Positions 58,933 through 64,000 of a DNA stretch of 64,000 nt are shown in pieces. This stretch comes from Cyclobacteriaceae bacterium (GTDB lineage: Bacteria > Bacteroidota > Bacteroidia > Cytophagales > Cyclobacteriaceae): contig JAYVTB010000151.1 in assembly GCA_043774805.1 (NCBI GenBank), positions 7 through 64,006 on the forward strand, read 5' to 3'. The notes under the pieces were generated by a model. That model ran no database searches. It was not told the origin of the DNA and was given only the letters and a program-made list of their open reading frames with translations. A program made the position numbers and the translations under genes. Numbering within the stretch: position 1 is the stretch's first letter; the number at the start of each line of letters is the position of its first letter.

Positions 58933-59688
58933 ATGCAAAAAATACCTTGCCTCCTTTTCGCAACCATCTTGTTGCTCGCCTCCCAGTCTTGCAGCAAAAA
59001 GACAATACCAACGTTGCCCACTGCGCCCAAGACGCTGGATATTGAGCAAATTGAATTTGGTTATTTACATGCAAAAGCAAGGCTTTCCTATCAAACCGAA
59101 AAAGGAGTGAATGATGCAAAGGCATCCATCCGCATAAGAAAAGACAGTGTGATTTGGATTGCCTTCTCACAGGTTGGAGTAGTTGGAGTAAAGGTGATTA
59201 TTAATAAAGACTCTGTTACTATTCTTGACAATCAAAAAAGGGAATACGAAACCTATGGCTATGAAGAACTATCGAGAATTGTCAATTTTAAAATTGATTA
59301 CTCTATGATTGAAGCAGCCTTATTGGGTAATCCAATCAAAAGTGACAATTCTGAAAATGAAATTGGACGCGAAGGAGAAAGTGATAAATTAGTTCAAACG
59401 GAAGGACCTATATCCATCAAGACATTGATTAATCCCATCACCAAAAAAATTGAAAGTGTGGAGTTGACGGAGGCAACTACAAATAATTCACTGAAATCAG
59501 AATATTCCAATTTTCAGCCGTTGGGTGATAAGTATTTTCCTTATAACGAAATAATTAAAGTGTTTTATAAGAGCGCTTCGGGAACGCTCAATAATTTTAC
59601 TATTACCATTGAATACAATAAAGCCGAAGTAGGCGATAAGGAATTGAAATTCCCTTTCAATATCCCCAAGCGATATGTGCGTAGGTAG
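58933..59688 (+). CDS. DUF4292-like lipoprotein (LolA/LolB-like fold)
   Basis: Lipobox-like SQSC, IRIRKDSVIWI, C-terminal FPFNIPKRY; lies between the TPR and EnvC-like genes. Confidence 0.78.
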   Translation: MQKIPCLLFATILLLASQSCSKKTIPTLPTAPKTLDIEQIEFGYLHAKARLSYQTEKGVNDAKASIRIRKDSVIWIAFSQVGVVGVKVIINKDSVTILDNQKREYETYGYEELSRIVNFKIDYSMIEAALLGNPIKSDNSENEIGREGESDKLVQTEGPISIKTLINPITKKIESVELTEATTNNSLKSEYSNFQPLGDKYFPYNEIIKVFYKSASGTLNNFTITIEYNKAEVGDKELKFPFNIPKRYVRR

Positions 59689-60883
59689 ATATCTTTATTT
59701 ATCATTCATCTTCTCACTACTTTGCTTTGCTGCACATGGGCAAAAATCAAAAGCTCAACTGCAGCGCGAAAAGCAACAGAACCTGGCTAAAATTAAAGAG
59801 ACTGAAAAGATTCTTAATGAAACCCGGGTAGAAAAGAAAAATACACTAGGAGAATTAACCGCTCTTAATCAGCGCATCTCACAACAGGAATCGTTAATCA
59901 AATCGATCAAGAACGAAATTTCGTTTCTTGATTATGATATCAGCGAGAACAATCAAATTATCCAGGCATTGGAAAAAGATGTCAATAAGTTGAAAGCGGA
60001 GTATGCGGCTATGATCTTCTCAGCGCAAAAGGCAAGTGGCAAAGTAGACAAACTCACCTTTCTTTTTTCAGCGAAATCATTCGACCAATTAATGATGAGG
60101 CTGAAGTACATGGAACAATATGGTAAGGCACGGCAAAGCCAGGCCGAAGCCATCGGAAAAGTGCAGCAGATTTTACGTGAACAGGTGAACATCACAGAAC
60201 TAAAGCGAAATGAAAAGAATAATTTGCTTGGTGATGAAGTGAAAGAAAATACAGAGCTCACCAGTTTGAAAGAAAAGCAAAGATTGGTGGTGAGGTCACT
60301 TGAAAAACAAGAAAAACAATTGCGAAAGGACCTCGAAGCAACAAAAAAAGCAGTGACAGAACTGGATGACTTGATTGCAAAAATTATTAAAGAGGAGTTG
60401 GAAAGAGCAGCCCGTGAAGCACGGGAAAAAGACGGAAAAAAGGGTAAAGAAATTTCTGATGCCGCCATCGCCTTATCCAATTCCTTTGAGGAAAATAGAA
60501 ACAAATTTCCATGGCCAGTTTCCGGCTTTGTGTCACAAAAATTCGGGCGACAAAAACATCCCGTATTGAAAGGAATTGAAATCCAAAACGATGGCGTGAA
60601 TATTCAGACCAAGCAAGGAGAAGAAGTGCACTCCATTTTTAATGGCGAAGTCAGTCGAGTGGCGTTCACCCCTGGAATGGGCAATACCATTATTATTAAA
60701 CATGGTGAATACTTTACCGTGTATACCGGCTTGAAAGACATCTCCGTTAAACAAGGGCAACAAGTAACTACTAACCAGCAGCTCGGAAAAGTATTATCCA
60801 ATGGTGAGGGTATTTCGGAACTGCGGTTCCAGATTCGTAAGAATTTCGATGCCCTGAATCCTCAGGAATGGCTTAGAAATTAG
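59675..60883 (+). CDS. Murein hydrolase activator EnvC-like (coiled coil plus M23-like domain)
   Basis: Long coiled coil, FPWPV.G, NDGVNI, IIIKHG.Y.TVY, LRFQIRK...LNPQEWL. The M23 HxxxD/HxH zinc ligands are not evident. Confidence 0.88.
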   Translation: MCVGRYLYLSFIFSLLCFAAHGQKSKAQLQREKQQNLAKIKETEKILNETRVEKKNTLGELTALNQRISQQESLIKSIKNEISFLDYDISENNQIIQALEKDVNKLKAEYAAMIFSAQKASGKVDKLTFLFSAKSFDQLMMRLKYMEQYGKARQSQAEAIGKVQQILREQVNITELKRNEKNNLLGDEVKENTELTSLKEKQRLVVRSLEKQEKQLRKDLEATKKAVTELDDLIAKIIKEELERAAREAREKDGKKGKEISDAAIALSNSFEENRNKFPWPVSGFVSQKFGRQKHPVLKGIEIQNDGVNIQTKQGEEVHSIFNGEVSRVAFTPGMGNTIIIKHGEYFTVYTGLKDISVKQGQQVTTNQQLGKVLSNGEGISELRFQIRKNFDALNPQEWLRN

Positions 60884-60991
60884 TTAAGCGGTCAAAAAAG
60901 GCCTGATTCGGCTCTATTTTAGTTGCACAATAAATACCTGACTACTTGTGTTTACCTTATTTCGTTATCTTTACACTCTTAATTAATTACT

Positions 60992-61201
60992 ATGAGTACA
61001 ATTCTTTTGATAGGGATGCCCGGCATGGGCGAGTGGGTGGTCATCGGATTATTCGTGTTGGTTTTCTTTGGGGCAAAAAAAATTCCTGAATTTGCCAAAG
61101 GACTTGGTAAAGGAATACGTGAATTTAAAGATGCTGTAAAGGACGTGAAGAAAGAGGTAGATGAAGCCGGCAACGAAGTTCCGAAGATTGACGGAAAGTA
61201 A
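60992..61201 (+). CDS. tatA: Twin-arginine translocase TatA/TatE subunit
   Basis: LVFFGAKKIPEFAKGLGKGIREFKDA. Confidence 0.93.
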   Translation: MSTILLIGMPGMGEWVVIGLFVLVFFGAKKIPEFAKGLGKGIREFKDAVKDVKKEVDEAGNEVPKIDGK

Positions 61202-61204
61202 GCG

Positions 61205-62635
61205 TTGGAGACATACGCTAATTTAAAAGATCTACAACACAGCCTCTTCAACGGATCTCTCTCCTGCCTTGACAGGGTCGATTATTTTTTGGCCAACATT
61301 GAAAAGAAAAAACACCTCAATGTTTTTTTGAGTGTGTATAGCGATGAAGCAAGAGAGCGCGCCTCACAGGTCGATGAAAAAATAAAAAATGGCACGGCTG
61401 GCAAGCTGGCAGGATTAGTCGTTGGGCTTAAAGATGTTCTTTCTTATAAAGACCATCCCGTTCAAGCCGGCAGCAAAATCCTGAATGGCTTTGTTTGTCA
61501 ATTCACAGCTACTTCAGTTCAACGACTTATTGACGAAGATGCCATTATCATTGGTCGGCAAAATTGCGATGAATTTGCAATGGGTTCCTCCAATGAAAAT
61601 TCTGCCTTTGGCCCCGTTTTAAATGACATCGACAATACCCGGGTTCCTGGTGGATCATCCGGAGGCTCGGCAGTAGCCGTCATGGCCGACTTATGTGATA
61701 TCTCCATTGGATCTGATACGGGTGGTTCCGTACGGCAGCCAGCTGCATTTTGTGGTGTCATCGGTTTAAAACCAACCTATTCCCGCATTTCGCGCCATGG
61801 GCTTATTGCCTACGGTTCATCGTTTGATTGCATCGGAATATTTTCCAGGGATCTCTACGATGTTGCTCTGGCACTTGAAATCATGGCAGGGAAAGATGAC
61901 TTCGACAGCACGGTGTCTACGCAAGCTGTTCCTTCCTATAGTGAAGCACTAACGGCTTCTTCAAACAAAAAGTATCGGGTTGCTTATATGCGTGATACGC
62001 TTGAATCAGAAGCGATACAACCTGAAATCAAAGAGAGCATCTATAAAAAAATTGATCAGCTCAAGCGTCACGGTCATTCCGTTGAAGCCATTGACTTTCC
62101 GTTGAATGAATATGTGTTGCCAACGTACTACATTCTGGCCACTGCAGAAGCAAGCTCCAATTTATCACGCTATGACGGTGTGCGTTATGGTCATCGTTCT
62201 ACTTCATCGCATGACTTATCTGCGTTATATAAAAAAACACGGTCGGAAGGATTTGGAAAAGAAGTGCAGCGAAGAATAATGCTTGGAACGTTTGTGCTCA
62301 GCGCAAGTTATTATGATGCTTACTATACCAAAGCACAAAAAGTGAGGAGACTCATACGCGATAGCATCAAAGCTATTTTTGCAGACCACGATTTTATTAT
62401 TCTCCCCACTACGCCTACTACGGCATTCAAATTGGGTGAGCACACCAACAATCCTGTCGAAATGTACCTGGCGGATTTATATTCTGTTCAGGCTAATGTA
62501 GCTGGTGTTCCAGGTATTTCTGTTCCGTGCGGTTGGGACGCAAAAGGATTACCCATTGGAATTCAGATCATGGCCGATGATTTCGAAGAGTTGAAGCTGT
62601 TTCAGTTTTCGGAAATAATTCAGAACTTGACGTGA
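61205..62635 (+). CDS. gatA: Asp/Glu-tRNA amidotransferase subunit A (TTG start)
   Basis: NCDEFAMGSSNENS, PGGSSGGSA, GSDTGGSVRQPA, LSRYDGVRYG, RRIMLGTFVLS. Confidence 0.95.
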   Translation: METYANLKDLQHSLFNGSLSCLDRVDYFLANIEKKKHLNVFLSVYSDEARERASQVDEKIKNGTAGKLAGLVVGLKDVLSYKDHPVQAGSKILNGFVCQFTATSVQRLIDEDAIIIGRQNCDEFAMGSSNENSAFGPVLNDIDNTRVPGGSSGGSAVAVMADLCDISIGSDTGGSVRQPAAFCGVIGLKPTYSRISRHGLIAYGSSFDCIGIFSRDLYDVALALEIMAGKDDFDSTVSTQAVPSYSEALTASSNKKYRVAYMRDTLESEAIQPEIKESIYKKIDQLKRHGHSVEAIDFPLNEYVLPTYYILATAEASSNLSRYDGVRYGHRSTSSHDLSALYKKTRSEGFGKEVQRRIMLGTFVLSASYYDAYYTKAQKVRRLIRDSIKAIFADHDFIILPTTPTTAFKLGEHTNNPVEMYLADLYSVQANVAGVPGISVPCGWDAKGLPIGIQIMADDFEELKLFQFSEIIQNLT

Positions 62636-62680
62636 GTTTCAGGAGAAACTTCAGAATAAATAGAAAAACTTGAAGGTGAT

Positions 62681-64000
62681 ATGATGAGGTATTTTGTTCT
62701 GCTTATATTTTTAATCTTTTCAACTACTATCTTATTTGCTCAGGAAGAGAAAGAAGAGACTGAGGTAGATACGTTAGAGATTCCTGCGCCAACAGGAGAT
62801 TTAATTCCTTTGGATAGTTTACCTATTACCATGTTGACACTTCCCAGCGACCTCGAGTATATCCCAGCGGATGACACTCCCGAGTTACTGTCCGATCGAT
62901 TAACTTGTCTTCAGCAGACCATACCGCTTACGTACAACAATACAGTGCATGGATTCATTAACTACTTTACCGTTCGCAATCGGGAATATACCCGCAGTAT
63001 GCAGCGCAAGAAAGATTTGTTCTTTCCAATGTTTGAACAACGGCTTGAGCAGTATCATCTTCCCGATGAATTAAAGTATCTATCCATTATTGAATCCGCT
63101 CTTAATCCGCGTGCTGTTTCCATTGCAAGAGCCGTTGGACTATGGCAATTTATGTCTGGAACAGGAAGATACATGGGGCTTCATTCAGACTGGTATGTAG
63201 ATGAAAGAATGGATCCCGAAAAATCAACTGATGCAGCTTGCCGCTATTTGTCACAATTGTACTCTATATTTCACGACTGGGAATTGGCCCTTGCTGCCTA
63301 TAACTCCGGACCAGGCACTGTACGCAAAGCCATTCGAAGATCCGGATACAAAAAAACATTCTGGGAAATTTATCCTCATCTGCCAAGAGAGACACGCGCT
63401 TATGTGCCACAATTTATTGCCGTGATCTATGCACTGAATTATACGGAGCAGCACAATTTGTTAGAAACTGCGCGTGAAGAATTACCTCCTTCCGACACTC
63501 TTGCTATACGGCAATTTGTACACTTTGAAACGCTTGCTTCATTAACCGGCACCTGCCTCGAAGATCTGCAAAAGCTGAATCCCTCCGTTCAACGCAACGC
63601 GCTACCCGACAATGGCAAAGTCCACATCATGAAAATGCCATTGCATGCAAAAGAAACTCTTAATCTGAATCGAGTAACCATTCTTGATTCTGTTTCCCGT
63701 GCTGGTAAAAAAGAAATTGAAGACCTGGCAAAAAAATATGCAGGTGGAAGCATCGAAGGGCGTGAGCTCATTTCATATCGGGTACGATCAGGTGATGTGC
63801 TGGGATCAATCGCGATGCACTATCGGGTAAGGGTGACGGATATCAAAAAATGGAACAACCTTTACACCGACAGGATTCACCAAGGTCAGCGACTTGCCAT
63901 CTGGGTAATTCCTTCTGGCGCAGTCGCTTCCGCCAAGTCTCCGTCAACAACACAGCCCTCTTTATTATCTCCGGATACAAAGACCTACATCGTTCAACCC
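62681..64000 (+). CDS. mltD: Lytic murein transglycosylase with LysM domain (MltD-like), 3'-truncated; absent from the ORF track
   Basis: Translated by hand: signal peptide, LKYLSIIESALNP, AVGLWQFM, VDERMDPEKST, ALAAYNSGPG, ETRAYVPQF, and LysM YRVRSGDVLGSIA. Confidence 0.9.
   Translation, partial: MMRYFVLLIFLIFSTTILFAQEEKEETEVDTLEIPAPTGDLIPLDSLPITMLTLPSDLEYIPADDTPELLSDRLTCLQQTIPLTYNNTVHGFINYFTVRNREYTRSMQRKKDLFFPMFEQRLEQYHLPDELKYLSIIESALNPRAVSIARAVGLWQFMSGTGRYMGLHSDWYVDERMDPEKSTDAACRYLSQLYSIFHDWELALAAYNSGPGTVRKAIRRSGYKKTFWEIYPHLPRETRAYVPQFIAVIYALNYTEQHNLLETAREELPPSDTLAIRQFVHFETLASLTGTCLEDLQKLNPSVQRNALPDNGKVHIMKMPLHAKETLNLNRVTILDSVSRAGKKEIEDLAKKYAGGSIEGRELISYRVRSGDVLGSIAMHYRVRVTDIKKWNNLYTDRIHQGQRLAIWVIPSGAVASAKSPSTTQPSLLSPDTKTYIVQP

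Noticed and set aside
59953-60504. 183-aa Ser/Phe/Leu-rich antisense ORF
   Set aside because: This is the expected reverse complement of Lys/Glu-rich coiled-coil codons in the EnvC-like gene.
60992-61201. Small gene before gatA considered as gatC
   Set aside because: The sequence is clearly TatA (TM helix, FG hinge, amphipathic helix).

Overview
A 64-kb chromosomal segment of a Bacteroidota bacterium, most likely Cytophagales. This is inferred from TAnnTTTG -7 promoters, T9SS C-terminal domains, a SusD relic, and the nrdB-nrdA and tatA-gatA-mltD arrangements. Most of the window is housekeeping: nrdBA, ldhA, acs, apbE, ruvB, queG, aroC, dusB, cdsA, gdh, psd, a desaturase, recO, tdk, mreBCD-mrdA-rodA, purH, purN, def, ruvX, a C-terminal protease, hmgA, a TPP-riboswitch-led TonB receptor, a cell-envelope cluster, tatA, gatA and a truncated mltD. 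I found no rRNA, tRNA, CRISPR array or intact transposase. The notable signals are mostly outside the ORF track. (1) Two copies of a ~160-bp nested-palindrome REPIN/MITE-like element, plus a second family of ATAG-footed hairpins. (2) A decayed SusD C-terminus with its terminator, upstream of a DUF6786-like lipoprotein, a sugar-acid dehydratase and a T9SS GH26 glycanase, which looks like a PUL that lost SusC/D. (3) A frameshifted Rhs-core relic next to an orphan AT-rich gene. (4) A perfect 15-bp inverted repeat built from the codons of an SSB-like DDLPF tail. (5) A hicBA toxin-antitoxin module in reversed order between def and ybdL. All calls come from reading the sequence; no database searches were run.
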